Below are positions 1 through 8,723 of a stretch of DNA of 64,000 nt, one piece after another. The position numbers and the translations under genes were made by a program. The notes beneath the pieces were generated by a model. The model was not told where the DNA came from. It did not search any database and saw nothing but the letters and a program-made list of their open reading frames with translations. The DNA comes from Gemmatimonadota bacterium (GTDB taxonomy: Bacteria > Gemmatimonadota > Gemmatimonadetes > Gemmatimonadales > Gemmatimonadaceae). The stretch is from positions 15,025-79,024 of the forward strand of contig JANMLN010000057.1 of the NCBI GenBank assembly GCA_031372565.1. The letters are read 5' to 3'. The stretch's first letter is position 1; every line of letters starts with the position of its first letter.

Positions 1-68
1 TTGATGCGCTCCACTTCAGCGGCGGCGGTGGCCAAGGCCACGGCAAGCCGCGCGTCGCGCTCGGGCAT
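1..68 (-). CDS. 5' fragment of a gene running off the window (MPERDARLAVALATAAAEVERI...)
   Basis: ATG at 68, 2 bp after the stop of the upstream minus-strand gene; frame is open to the window edge. Confidence 0.45.
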   Translation of the reverse strand, partial: MPERDARLAVALATAAAEVERI

Positions 69-70
69 GC

Positions 71-826
71 TTACGGTGCGCGAGCGTCCGGACGCCGTGC
101 GCGGCGCGCCATCTCGGACACCATGTCGACGATGGCCGCCGCACGTTGCGCTTCCGACTGCTGTAGCAATCGCGGATTGGTATACGAGTACGTCCGGTAC
201 ACTGCGCCGTCGAGCACTTCGACGGTGACCATCACGTTCTCGGCGACGCGTCGCTGATCGGCGGCGCTCACCACCGACTCGGCCCGCGGCAGCGCGTCCT
301 GATCCGGCAGCGTGAAGGCACGCAACGAGTCGAGCTGCGCCAGCACCGTGCGCCACTCGGGCTCCTGCCGCAGGCGCAGTCGGCAGGCCTCGTTGCCGCC
401 GGCACGCATCAGCGCCGAACAGGTCACCGCCGCTTGCACCGAGTCGCGCGTCCGCGAGTTGAGTTCGCCGGTCGTGCCCGCCAGCGACCGATCGCCATCA
501 CCAGAGGGCAGCGTCCACCAGGCCCACAGTTCGCCGTTTGACCCGCCGCGCGGACCGCCAAAGCTGGCCACACGCAGCAGCAGGTCCGGCGCGCCCGACG
601 CCATCGCGAACCAGACACGAATCTCCCGCTGTCCCGACGGGAGCCGCAGCTCGCGCAGGAGGCTCATGCGCGCGAGCGCGGCGATGTCGCCCTGCTCCGC
701 CCGCTCGGCCAGCGACAGGCCGGTCGCACGGCCGCGCATGCCCAGGAGCGTGCACCCGCCGGCCAGCGCCACACATGCGGCAGCAAGGGCGACACGAAGC
801 AGCGGTGGGTGCAGAGGCCGTCGCAT
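71..826 (-). CDS. Hypothetical lipoprotein
   Basis: ATG at 826 gives MRRPLHPPLLRVALAAACVALAGGC (signal peptide plus lipobox Cys); no family recognised. Confidence 0.6.
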   Translation of the reverse strand: MRRPLHPPLLRVALAAACVALAGGCTLLGMRGRATGLSLAERAEQGDIAALARMSLLRELRLPSGQREIRVWFAMASGAPDLLLRVASFGGPRGGSNGELWAWWTLPSGDGDRSLAGTTGELNSRTRDSVQAAVTCSALMRAGGNEACRLRLRQEPEWRTVLAQLDSLRAFTLPDQDALPRAESVVSAADQRRVAENVMVTVEVLDGAVYRTYSYTNPRLLQQSEAQRAAAIVDMVSEMARRARRPDARAP

Positions 827-871
827 GTTCCCTGCAAGATGAACAGGCCGCGCGTGCACCGCCACCGGCGT

Positions 872-1390
872 TTAGACGTCGTAGCGGTCGCGGAAGAGCG
901 CGTCGTGATGTCGCTCGTGTCCGGCAATGATGTACGGCAGCGCCCGCGCCGTTGCGCTGCCACCACTCATCGTCCCGCGATTGGCCCAGGCGGCCGCGGG
1001 CGCCGTCGCGATCAACGCCGCGGTCGACGCGCGCACCAGCGCGAACTCGTCGACCATCGCGCCGAAGTCGCGCGCGTGCGCGACGCTCGCCGGCACCCAC
1101 GCATCGTGGTCGAACCCCGGCAGCGGCGTCTCCGCCCCACGCAGGATCGACAACATGCGGTAGGCAAAGACCCGTTCCGTGTCGATCATGTGCTGCAGCG
1201 ACTCGGCCACTGACCACTTGCCGTCGGCGTAGCGATGGCCCGACCGCGTAGCCGCCGCGCGCAGCCGCGCCAGCAGCGCCGGGTGGCCGCTCGTCATGAC
1301 ATCGACAAAGTCGCCATCGGGGACCAAGGTCACGTACGTCGCGTAAAACTCGGCGTGCTCACCGGCAGCGGGACGCGTCAGCATACTCAC
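872..1390 (-). CDS. DinB family protein
   Basis: RP...EHAEFYATYV, YADGKWSVAESLQHMIDTERVFAYR, LPGFDHD and IIAGHERHH motifs of DinB_2 proteins. Confidence 0.85.
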   Translation of the reverse strand: MSMLTRPAAGEHAEFYATYVTLVPDGDFVDVMTSGHPALLARLRAAATRSGHRYADGKWSVAESLQHMIDTERVFAYRMLSILRGAETPLPGFDHDAWVPASVAHARDFGAMVDEFALVRASTAALIATAPAAAWANRGTMSGGSATARALPYIIAGHERHHDALFRDRYDV

Positions 1391-1417
1391 CTCAAAAGGG
1401 GGTGGCGCGTACCGCGC

Positions 1418-2302
1418 TCAGTATCCGCGAAGTTCGAGGAAGAACTGCCAGAACGGGGCATTCCAGCGCGACGACAGGAAGAGATGCTCCACGACTGCGA
1501 GCGACATCAGCGTGGCGACCAGCGACCAGCCGCGCCGAAGATGCGGTCGCTGTTCGCGCACCGTCATGACCATCATCGCGATCGTGGCGATCGTGAGCAC
1601 CGTCAGGGAGAACGGCAGGAAGAGCGAGTTCTCGAGCGGTCCGAAGAAGCGGGCGAGGTGCGCCAATTGCGGCGGCAGAAACTGCGTCCCCGGATTCTTC
1701 ACCCCCCAGAAGATGTTCAGCTTCGAACTCTGCAGGGTGATCCAGAACGCGACGTACGTCCAGAACCCGATCCGGTTGATGCCGCCACGCGTCAGGAACC
1801 AGGCCGCGCCCATGGCGGCCAGCGACGCCACCTCGGAGTTCCATGTCGACCAGAGGGCCTGCACGGCCAGCGCCATCGATCCTGACGGACCCTCGAGCGA
1901 CGCCGTGGCCGCCTCGGCAGGACCGGCAATCCACCCCGTGTAGAGCGTCGCGGTCACCCAGCCCCAGAGCAGCGCGCCGCCGAAGAACGAGGCCGTCGCC
2001 GCACGGTCCGTGGCCACGTTGCGGCGGCTCGCCACGAGCCACGCTCCCCAGCCCGCCAGCGCGGTGCAGACCAGCACGCCGGCCGAGCGCGAGACGGCCG
2101 TGGCCTGCATCGCCAGGATGACCCCGGTCGTGAGCCACCAAAAGCCCACGACGGAGAGGCCCGACGTGGCCATCAGCCGCACGAACGGAATGGGCGGCGC
2201 GCTGGGCTCCGACACCGGCACGTCGGCTGCGGCGAGCGCCCCGATGACCGGAGACGACACCGCCACGGCACCGCCGCGCGTCCGCACGAGGGGCTCGGTC
2301 AT
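1418..2302 (-). CDS. puhE: Photosynthetic complex assembly protein PuhE (DUF3623)
   Basis: Multi-TM protein with FWWLTTGVIL, SSKLNIFWGV.N...FLP..LAHL and LAVVEHLF motifs; ATGA-coupled to bchD. Confidence 0.8.
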   Translation of the reverse strand: MTEPLVRTRGGAVAVSSPVIGALAAADVPVSEPSAPPIPFVRLMATSGLSVVGFWWLTTGVILAMQATAVSRSAGVLVCTALAGWGAWLVASRRNVATDRAATASFFGGALLWGWVTATLYTGWIAGPAEAATASLEGPSGSMALAVQALWSTWNSEVASLAAMGAAWFLTRGGINRIGFWTYVAFWITLQSSKLNIFWGVKNPGTQFLPPQLAHLARFFGPLENSLFLPFSLTVLTIATIAMMVMTVREQRPHLRRGWSLVATLMSLAVVEHLFLSSRWNAPFWQFFLELRGY

Positions 2303-4101
2303 GTGCTCACGCCGCGCATCCCCTGCACCGCGCCGCTGACTGTTTGCGCATCCGCATTTGGCAGGGGAAGATAGCGCGCACCCATCGCCACCGCGATCTC
2401 GCGCGCGAACGGCTCCCCGCGCGGCGACGTGTCCACGAACAGGGCGCTGGTCCCGGAGGCGCGCACGGCCGCGGCGGCGACGAGCGCATCCGCGGCGGCC
2501 TTGGGGCGCCCCGGCGTGCCGTCCCGCGCAATGTTGGCGCGCGCATCGGTGAGCAGCACGATCATCGGCGTGTTCCCCCCGCGGCGCGCCAGTGCCGCTG
2601 CCTCGCGCGCCGCATCGAGCGCGTGCGCGAGCGGCGTGCCGCCGCCGCCGGGCAGTCCCTGCAGCGCCCGCTTGGCCCGCGCCAGCGCCCGTGTGGGCGC
2701 CAGGAGCAGCTCGGCGGTGGTTCCGCGAAACGCGATCAACGCGACTTCATCGCGCCGAGCGTAGCTCTCGGCGAGGATCAGTTCGATGGCGCCCTTGGCC
2801 TCCGCGAGTCGGTTGAGCGCGAGCGATCCCGATGCGTCCACGGCAAAGATCACCGTGGTGCCGGTCTTCTCGATGAACCGGCGAATCCGGAAATCCTCGC
2901 GCCGAATCTTCACGCGTCCGTTGGCCTGCCCGGCGGTGCCACCACGCATCCGCTGCCATGGTGCGGCCGCGCGCAGCGTCTCGAGCACGTGCAATCGCTT
3001 GCCGCCGCGCGGCTCACCATGGCGCGACCCCACCTGACGACCGCGCAACGCACTCGCCTGCGACTGTCCCGCCTGTCCGGCGGCCGCACGTACGCGACCC
3101 GCGCGCGCCAGCAGCGCAGCGAGCAGATCCGCGGGGAGCACCGCCTTCATCGACTCCACCACGACATCCTCGAGCGGCTTCTCCTCTTGCTGCGCCTGGT
3201 CCTGCTCGCCCGCGTCGTTCTCCTGCTCCGGCGGAGGCGGTGGTTGCTCCTGCGGCTCCTCCGGCGGCGGTTCGCTCGACGGAATGCGCGTGGCACGGGG
3301 CGCGAGCACCAGCTTGGCAGCGACCGACACGTCATCGTCACTCACCGCGTCCCGGCCGTCGAGCGCCGCGAGCACGCGCGCGGTGCGCACGGCCAGCACC
3401 GGCGCGCGCAACGTCGGGACGCCAAACGCGAGCGCCGCCCCGACGAGGACCTCGATCTGCTCGTGCGTGGCGGTGACCGTCGCAAAGCGTGCGCGCGCGA
3501 GCGCCACATCGGCTGCGTCTGGCAACAGGGCGTCGGCCGCGCGCCACCGCGCCGGAATCACGACGCCGAACGCGAGGCGGTCCGAGAGCGCGGCGCTCAC
3601 CGGCGCTTCGTCCTCCATCGACTCATCCACGGCAATGACGCCGATCCGCGCGTCGAATGTGGCGCCCACACCATCGCGCGCGACCTGGATCTCCGACGTG
3701 TCGAGCGCCTGCGCGAGCCGCGAGACGAGCGCCGCGCTGGCCCGTTCCGCCATGGGAATGACGACGATGCCACCATCCGCGTCGGCGAGCACGCCGCGCT
3801 CTGCCACGACCGTCCCGCGCGCGAGCGTTGCCGTGAGGTCGAGCCCGCCGAGCAGGCGATCATCGGTGACCCCCGCAGGCACGCGGCGGACCGGCGTGTC
3901 GGTACCCAGCAACTGTTGCAACTGCTGCAGCCACTCCGCGAGCGCGTCATGCGCCCCCGCGCGCACATGGGCGCCGCCCAGCGCATGCGGTGCCACCGCC
4001 AGACAGGCGAGGGCGGTGGCAGCCAACACCGCGGGCCCCGCCGTCACGTCGGAGCGATCGGCCGCATCCAGTGCGTCCGCGGACACGGGGGACTCGATCA
4101 C
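2299..4101 (-). CDS. bchD: Magnesium chelatase subunit D
   Basis: DRLLGGLDL AAA-like region, acidic/Pro linker (PPPEEPQEQPPPPPEQE), C-terminal VWA with DASGS MIDAS and GGGTPL. Confidence 0.95.
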   Translation of the reverse strand: MIESPVSADALDAADRSDVTAGPAVLAATALACLAVAPHALGGAHVRAGAHDALAEWLQQLQQLLGTDTPVRRVPAGVTDDRLLGGLDLTATLARGTVVAERGVLADADGGIVVIPMAERASAALVSRLAQALDTSEIQVARDGVGATFDARIGVIAVDESMEDEAPVSAALSDRLAFGVVIPARWRAADALLPDAADVALARARFATVTATHEQIEVLVGAALAFGVPTLRAPVLAVRTARVLAALDGRDAVSDDDVSVAAKLVLAPRATRIPSSEPPPEEPQEQPPPPPEQENDAGEQDQAQQEEKPLEDVVVESMKAVLPADLLAALLARAGRVRAAAGQAGQSQASALRGRQVGSRHGEPRGGKRLHVLETLRAAAPWQRMRGGTAGQANGRVKIRREDFRIRRFIEKTGTTVIFAVDASGSLALNRLAEAKGAIELILAESYARRDEVALIAFRGTTAELLLAPTRALARAKRALQGLPGGGGTPLAHALDAAREAAALARRGGNTPMIVLLTDARANIARDGTPGRPKAAADALVAAAAVRASGTSALFVDTSPRGEPFAREIAVAMGARYLPLPNADAQTVSGAVQGMRGVST

Positions 4102-5129
4102 TCCGGTCCCAGCACCTCGACCACCGCCCGCGCCACGCGCGACGTGGAGCCGGTGTCATCGAGCACGTTGCGACGCAAGCGGTGCCGGAGCGCCATCGGC
4201 GCCACGCGACGCAGATGGACGCGGGTCGCCGCCTTCGCGCCCTCGAGCGCCGCGGCCGCGCGCGCCGCGCGCAGCAGCGTCAGCTCCCCGCGCAGGCCAT
4301 CGGTCCCCAGCGCCTTGCAGAGCGTCGCACCGAGCACGAGCAACTCGTCCGCGACCGTCACCTCGCGCACATGCTCCTTGGCCTTCACCAGATGGCGTCG
4401 CACCTTCGCGTCTTCCTTCTCGTACTCGTGCGCAAAGGCGTCGGCATCGCGATCGTACGCGTCACGCCGACGCACCACCTCGACGCGGGTCGGGATGTCC
4501 TCGGGCGTGCGCACCTCCACCGAGAGGCCGAAGCGATCGAGCAGCTGCGGACGGAGTTCGCCCTCCTCGGGGTTGCCGCTCCCCACGAGCACGAACCGCG
4601 CCGGGTGCCGCACGCTCACCCCTTCGCGCTCGACCACGTTCTCGCCCGTCGTCGCGACGTCGAGCAGGAGGTCGACCAGATGGTCCTCGAGCAGGTTCAC
4701 CTCGTCCACGTACAGGAAGCCACGATTGGCGCGCGCCAGCAACCCTGGCTCAAACGCCTTTTCCCCGCGCGCAAGCGCGCGCTCGAGATCGAGCGCACCG
4801 ACGACCCGATCCTCAGTCGCGCCCAGCGGCAGATCCACGACCGGCACCGGCGCGGCCACGGCCTTGAGCACCTCCCCGGCACGCTCGCGGGCGTGGCACT
4901 CGCTGCACTGGCGCCCCACATCGGCCGGGTTGCACCCGTACCGGCATCCCTTGACCACCTTCATCGGCGGCAGCAGCGACGGGAGGGCGCGGACGACCGT
5001 CGACTTGCCCGTGCCACGATCGCCGAACACCATCACCCCACCGACCTCGTGATCGGTCGCGGCGATCAGGAGAGCCAGCTTCATCTCCTCCTGACCAACA
5101 ATGGCAGAGAACGGAAAGGGAGTGCGCAC
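4098..5129 (-). CDS. bchI: Magnesium chelatase ATPase subunit I
   Basis: FPFSAIVGQEEMK, Walker A GDRGTGKS, LYVDEVNLL, NPEEGELRPQLLDRFG. Confidence 0.97.
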   Translation of the reverse strand: MRTPFPFSAIVGQEEMKLALLIAATDHEVGGVMVFGDRGTGKSTVVRALPSLLPPMKVVKGCRYGCNPADVGRQCSECHARERAGEVLKAVAAPVPVVDLPLGATEDRVVGALDLERALARGEKAFEPGLLARANRGFLYVDEVNLLEDHLVDLLLDVATTGENVVEREGVSVRHPARFVLVGSGNPEEGELRPQLLDRFGLSVEVRTPEDIPTRVEVVRRRDAYDRDADAFAHEYEKEDAKVRRHLVKAKEHVREVTVADELLVLGATLCKALGTDGLRGELTLLRAARAAAALEGAKAATRVHLRRVAPMALRHRLRRNVLDDTGSTSRVARAVVEVLGPE

Positions 5130-5213
5130 GCGTGCGGTGGGGCGGTGGGGGGCGGGGCGGCGGCGAGCGGCGTCGGGGCGGTACCGACCGCCGACATGCC
5201 AAGCGAGAGGGCA

Positions 5214-5242
5214 AGGTTAGGCGCGCGCGAGGGGCATCGCAA
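5214..5242 (-). promoter_or_regulatory. Putative sigma70 promoter for bchI-bchD-puhE (TTGCGA-N17-TAACCT)
   Basis: Hexamers read on the minus strand at 5242-5237 and 5219-5214 with a 17 bp spacer. Confidence 0.5.
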
Positions 5243-5259
5243 TGACATCGCCCGCCAAC

Positions 5260-5277
5260 TGTATCGAATGCTTGACA
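5260..5277. promoter_or_regulatory. PpsR/CrtJ binding palindrome TGT-N12-ACA
   Basis: TGTATCGAATGCTTGACA is an exact match, in the bchI/crtF divergent gap. Confidence 0.75.
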
Positions 5278-5300
5278 CTCCCCGGTACGCCTCGTAACGT
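5272..5300 (+). promoter_or_regulatory. Putative sigma70 promoter for crtF (TTGACA-N17-TAACGT)
   Basis: Perfect -35 at 5272-5277, TANNNT -10 at 5295-5300; the -35 overlaps the PpsR box. Confidence 0.65.
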
Positions 5301-5341
5301 CGCGCTCCACACCGCAGGCGCACTGCGGCGCGTGCGTCCGG

Positions 5342-6577
5342 TTGACGTACGATGGGGCGCCACCCGCGCCCCTTCCCTCCGCTTCGATCCGCGTGACCGT
5401 TCCCGAGGCCGCCACGACGGCGGCGCCGCCGACCGCCAGTGTTCGCCAAATTGCCGCTCCCTCGCGCAGCTGGCGTGACCGGCTGCTGGACCTGCGCGAC
5501 CGGATCTACACGAGTCCGGCCTTTCAGAAGTGGGCCGCGTCGTTCGTGTTTACCCGCCCGATCGCGCTCAGCAGGGCGCATCGCGCCTTCGACCTCGCGT
5601 CCGGCTTCGTGTACAGCCAGACCCTGCTGGCTGTCGTGCGGCTGCGCCTGCTCGAGCAGCTGCAAGCGGGCCCCCGCTCCGTGGCGGAGCTGGCCAAGCA
5701 CAACGACCTGCCGGTGGATTCCATGGAGCGTCTGCTCCGGGCCGCCCGTGCCTGTCGCTTGGTGGAACAGCGCCGCAGCGGGCTCTGGTCGTTGGGCATT
5801 CTGGGCGCGCCGTTCCTCGGCGATCCCACCCTGCCCATGCTCGTGGAGCACAACGCGGCGTACTACGGCGATCTCCGCGATCCGATCGCCCTCCTCTCCG
5901 GCGCCATGGCTGGCAAGACCGTCCTCGCCTCGTACTGGCCGTATGGTGACGCCGAGCGCGCCGCGCACGTGGAGAGCGCCGAGGCCAGCGAATACACCGC
6001 GATCATGGCCGCCACCCTTCCGCCGCTGGCCGAAGACGTCATCGATTCGTACGACTTCGGAGCGCATCGCGTGCACATGGACGTTGGCGGCGGCGAAGGG
6101 GTCTTCGTCAGCATGGCGGTCCGGCGCAATCCAGGGCTTCGCGGGATTGTCTACGACTTGCCAGCCGTGATCCCGCGCACCGAGGCGCGTCTGGCCACCG
6201 AGGGCCTCGCGGGTCGCGTGAGCGTCGCCGGGGGCAACTTCCACGCCGACCCCCTGCCGGTCGGGGCCGATCTCATCACGCTCATCCGCGTGCTGCTCGA
6301 CCACTCGGACGCGATGGCGGTCGCGCTCTTGAAGAAGATCCGTCAGGCGTTGCCGCCCAATGGCAGTCTCCTCATCGCCGAGCCGTTGTCGGGTCACCCG
6401 GGCGTCGAACGGGCGGCCGACGCCTACTTCGGCTTCTATCTGCTGGCGATGGGCCGCGGACGGTGTCGGTCGCGGGAGGAGCACGAACGGCTGCTGCGCG
6501 AGGCGGGATTCACGCGGTGCAGCGTGGTCCGGACCCGCTACCCGTTCCGCGCCTCCGTCCTCGTCGCGCGCCCCTGA
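5342..6577 (+). CDS. crtF: Carotenoid O-methyltransferase CrtF (start uncertain; GTG at 5393 is possible)
   Basis: FQKWAASF.FTRPIA, FDLASGFVYSQ.L, SAM motif MDVGGGEG, AYFGFYLLAMGRGR; canonical position upstream of bchC. Confidence 0.9.
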   Translation: MTYDGAPPAPLPSASIRVTVPEAATTAAPPTASVRQIAAPSRSWRDRLLDLRDRIYTSPAFQKWAASFVFTRPIALSRAHRAFDLASGFVYSQTLLAVVRLRLLEQLQAGPRSVAELAKHNDLPVDSMERLLRAARACRLVEQRRSGLWSLGILGAPFLGDPTLPMLVEHNAAYYGDLRDPIALLSGAMAGKTVLASYWPYGDAERAAHVESAEASEYTAIMAATLPPLAEDVIDSYDFGAHRVHMDVGGGEGVFVSMAVRRNPGLRGIVYDLPAVIPRTEARLATEGLAGRVSVAGGNFHADPLPVGADLITLIRVLLDHSDAMAVALLKKIRQALPPNGSLLIAEPLSGHPGVERAADAYFGFYLLAMGRGRCRSREEHERLLREAGFTRCSVVRTRYPFRASVLVARP

Positions 6578-6653
6578 CGGTCGCGGAGACCCTACCCAAA
6601 CGGGTGGTACCCCCGTCAAACCTTCGACTTGCAGCTACCCTAACGAAGTTCTG

Positions 6654-6671
6654 TGTCAACCTCCCTTGACG
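6654..6671. promoter_or_regulatory. PpsR-like palindrome TGTCAA-N6-TTGACG upstream of bchC
   Basis: One mismatch to TGT-N12-ACA; contains a TTGACG -35-like hexamer; bchC promoters are classic PpsR targets. Confidence 0.6.
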
Positions 6672-6763
6672 GCTAGTGCAAACACGTGCACCTTAGCCGC
6701 GGTACTTAAGCCGCCGTCTGCAGTCCCTTCACTCACACCCCCCGATTTCGGGGAAGGATCAGC

Positions 6764-7705
6764 GTGGATACGCTGGCCGTGGTGTTTGAATCGCCCGAAG
6801 TCATGTCGATGCGCCGCCTGCCCCTCGTGCAGGCCGGCGACGCGGACGTGGTCGTGCGCATCGATTGGACCGGGATCTCGACGGGCACCGAGCGGCTCTT
6901 GTGGACCGGCAAGATGCCGCCCTTCCCGGGCCTCGAGTATCCGCTCGTACCAGGCTACGAAGCGGTCGGAACGGTGGTGACCGCCGGCGCGACCTCAGGC
7001 CACGCCGTGGGCGATGTCGTCTTCGTCGCCGGGTCTCGCTCGTTCGAGGGGGTGCGCGGCCTCTTCGGTGGCGCGGCACGCACCCTCATTGTGCCAGGGG
7101 TCCGCGCGGTGACCATCGCGCCGCATGTGGCCGACAAGGGCACGCTGCTCGCGTTGGCCGCAACCGCGTACCACGCGATCACTGATGGCGGCGGCGCCTT
7201 CCCGGACCTTGTGGTCGGCCACGGCGCGCTCGGCCGCCTGATCGCGCGCCTAGTCCGCGCCCTCGACCCGTCGCACGTGGTCACCGTCTGGGAAACGAAC
7301 CCCGCCCGCCGCACCGGCGCGCTGGACTACCCCGTGATCGCGCCCGACGACGACACGCGGCGCGACTACGGGGTCATCTGCGACGTGAGTGGGGTCGCCT
7401 CGCTCGTGGACGGGCTCCTCGCCCGCCTTCGCCCGCGTGGTGAGCTCGTGCTGGCCGGCTTCTATGACACGATCAGCTTCGTGTTCCCCGCCGCCTTCAT
7501 GAAGGAGTCGCGCCTGCGCATCGCCGCCGAGTTCACGCCGGCGGATCTCGTGGCCGTCGCCGCCATGGCGGGTGACGGTCGGTTGTCGCTTGATGGTCTG
7601 ATTACCCACACGGCCCCAGCCAGCGAGGCCTCGGCAGCATATGCCACGGCCTTCGGCGATTCGGCTTGCGTCAAGATGGTTCTCGATTGGAGGCATACCG
7701 CGTGA
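6764..7705 (+). CDS. bchC: 3-hydroxyethyl bacteriochlorophyllide a dehydrogenase
   Basis: GISTGTERLLWTG.MPPFPG..YPLVPGYE, LLALAATAYHA, VLAGFY, CVKMVLDW. Confidence 0.95.
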   Translation: MDTLAVVFESPEVMSMRRLPLVQAGDADVVVRIDWTGISTGTERLLWTGKMPPFPGLEYPLVPGYEAVGTVVTAGATSGHAVGDVVFVAGSRSFEGVRGLFGGAARTLIVPGVRAVTIAPHVADKGTLLALAATAYHAITDGGGAFPDLVVGHGALGRLIARLVRALDPSHVVTVWETNPARRTGALDYPVIAPDDDTRRDYGVICDVSGVASLVDGLLARLRPRGELVLAGFYDTISFVFPAAFMKESRLRIAAEFTPADLVAVAAMAGDGRLSLDGLITHTAPASEASAAYATAFGDSACVKMVLDWRHTA

Positions 7706-8718
7706 TTGAAAGCACCACTGGCAGCGCATCCGACGCCTTCGTGCAGCTTCGAAAGAACATGCAGGACGAAGCCGCGCAGGAACCGGCGCCCGTGTCGACC
7801 CGTCCGGTCACCAAGGAAACGCAGATCATCGCCATCTATGGCAAGGGCGGTATCGGCAAGAGCTTCACGCTCGCCAACCTGTCCTACATGATGGCGCAGC
7901 AGGGCAAGAAAGTGCTGCTCATCGGGTGCGACCCCAAGAGCGACACGACCTCCCTGCTCTTCGGCGGCAAGGCCTGCCCGACCATCATCGAAACCTCGTC
8001 CAAGAAGAAGCTGGCCGGCGAAGCGGTCCAGATCGGCGACGTCTGCTTCAAGCGTGACGGGGTGTACGCCATGGAACTCGGCGGCCCTGAAGTCGGGCGC
8101 GGCTGCGGCGGACGTGGCATCATCCACGGCTTCGAGATCCTCGAGAAGCTCGGCTTCCATGACTGGGGCTTCGACTACGTCCTCCTCGACTTCCTGGGCG
8201 ACGTGGTGTGCGGCGGCTTCGGCCTGCCGATCGCCCGCGACATGTGTCAGAAGGTGATTGTCGTGGCGTCGAACGACCTCCAGTCGCTGTACGTCGCGAA
8301 CAACGTCTGCAGCGCGGTCGAGTACTTCCGGAAGCTCGGCGGCAACGTCGGCGTCGCCGGCATGGTCGTCAACAAGGACGACGGCACGGGCGAGGCGGCG
8401 CGGTTCGCCGAGCTGGTGGGCATCCCCGTGCTGGCCAGCGTGCCGGCGCACGAGGACATCCGCCGCAAGAGCGCCAACTACGAGATCATCGGCACCTCCA
8501 CCTCGCAGTGGGGCCCGCTCTTCGCGGAACTCGCCGAGAACGTGGCGTCGGCGCCGCCGGTGCATCCGAATCCGATGGTGATGGACAGCCTGCTCGACCT
8601 GTTCTCCCGCGATTCAGTGGGGCGCGACGTCGTGCTCGAGCCGGCCACGATGTTCGACATGTGCGGCAAGGAAGACGTGATCAAGCCCTCCCTCGAAGTC
8701 GTCTACGACACCGTTTGA
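7702..8718 (+). CDS. bchX: Chlorophyllide a reductase iron protein X
   Basis: IAIYGKGGIGKS, GCDPKSD, GRGCGGRG, DVVCGGF; GTGA overlap with the bchC stop and a GGAGG RBS. Confidence 0.97.
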   Translation: MIESTTGSASDAFVQLRKNMQDEAAQEPAPVSTRPVTKETQIIAIYGKGGIGKSFTLANLSYMMAQQGKKVLLIGCDPKSDTTSLLFGGKACPTIIETSSKKKLAGEAVQIGDVCFKRDGVYAMELGGPEVGRGCGGRGIIHGFEILEKLGFHDWGFDYVLLDFLGDVVCGGFGLPIARDMCQKVIVVASNDLQSLYVANNVCSAVEYFRKLGGNVGVAGMVVNKDDGTGEAARFAELVGIPVLASVPAHEDIRRKSANYEIIGTSTSQWGPLFAELAENVASAPPVHPNPMVMDSLLDLFSRDSVGRDVVLEPATMFDMCGKEDVIKPSLEVVYDTV

Positions 8719-8723
8719 GCGAC

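Noticed and set aside
71..826. Lipoprotein as an extra reaction-centre subunit
   Set aside because: No recognisable similarity, and it is separated from the photosynthesis genes by a DinB gene
2344..5052. 902 aa plus-strand ORF, and similar long ORFs such as 16255-18588, 24947-26821, 26514-29198, 29345-31795 and 59196-61406
   Set aside because: Antisense or alternate-frame shadows of well-supported genes; Arg/Ala/Pro-rich with no motifs, as expected in high-GC DNA
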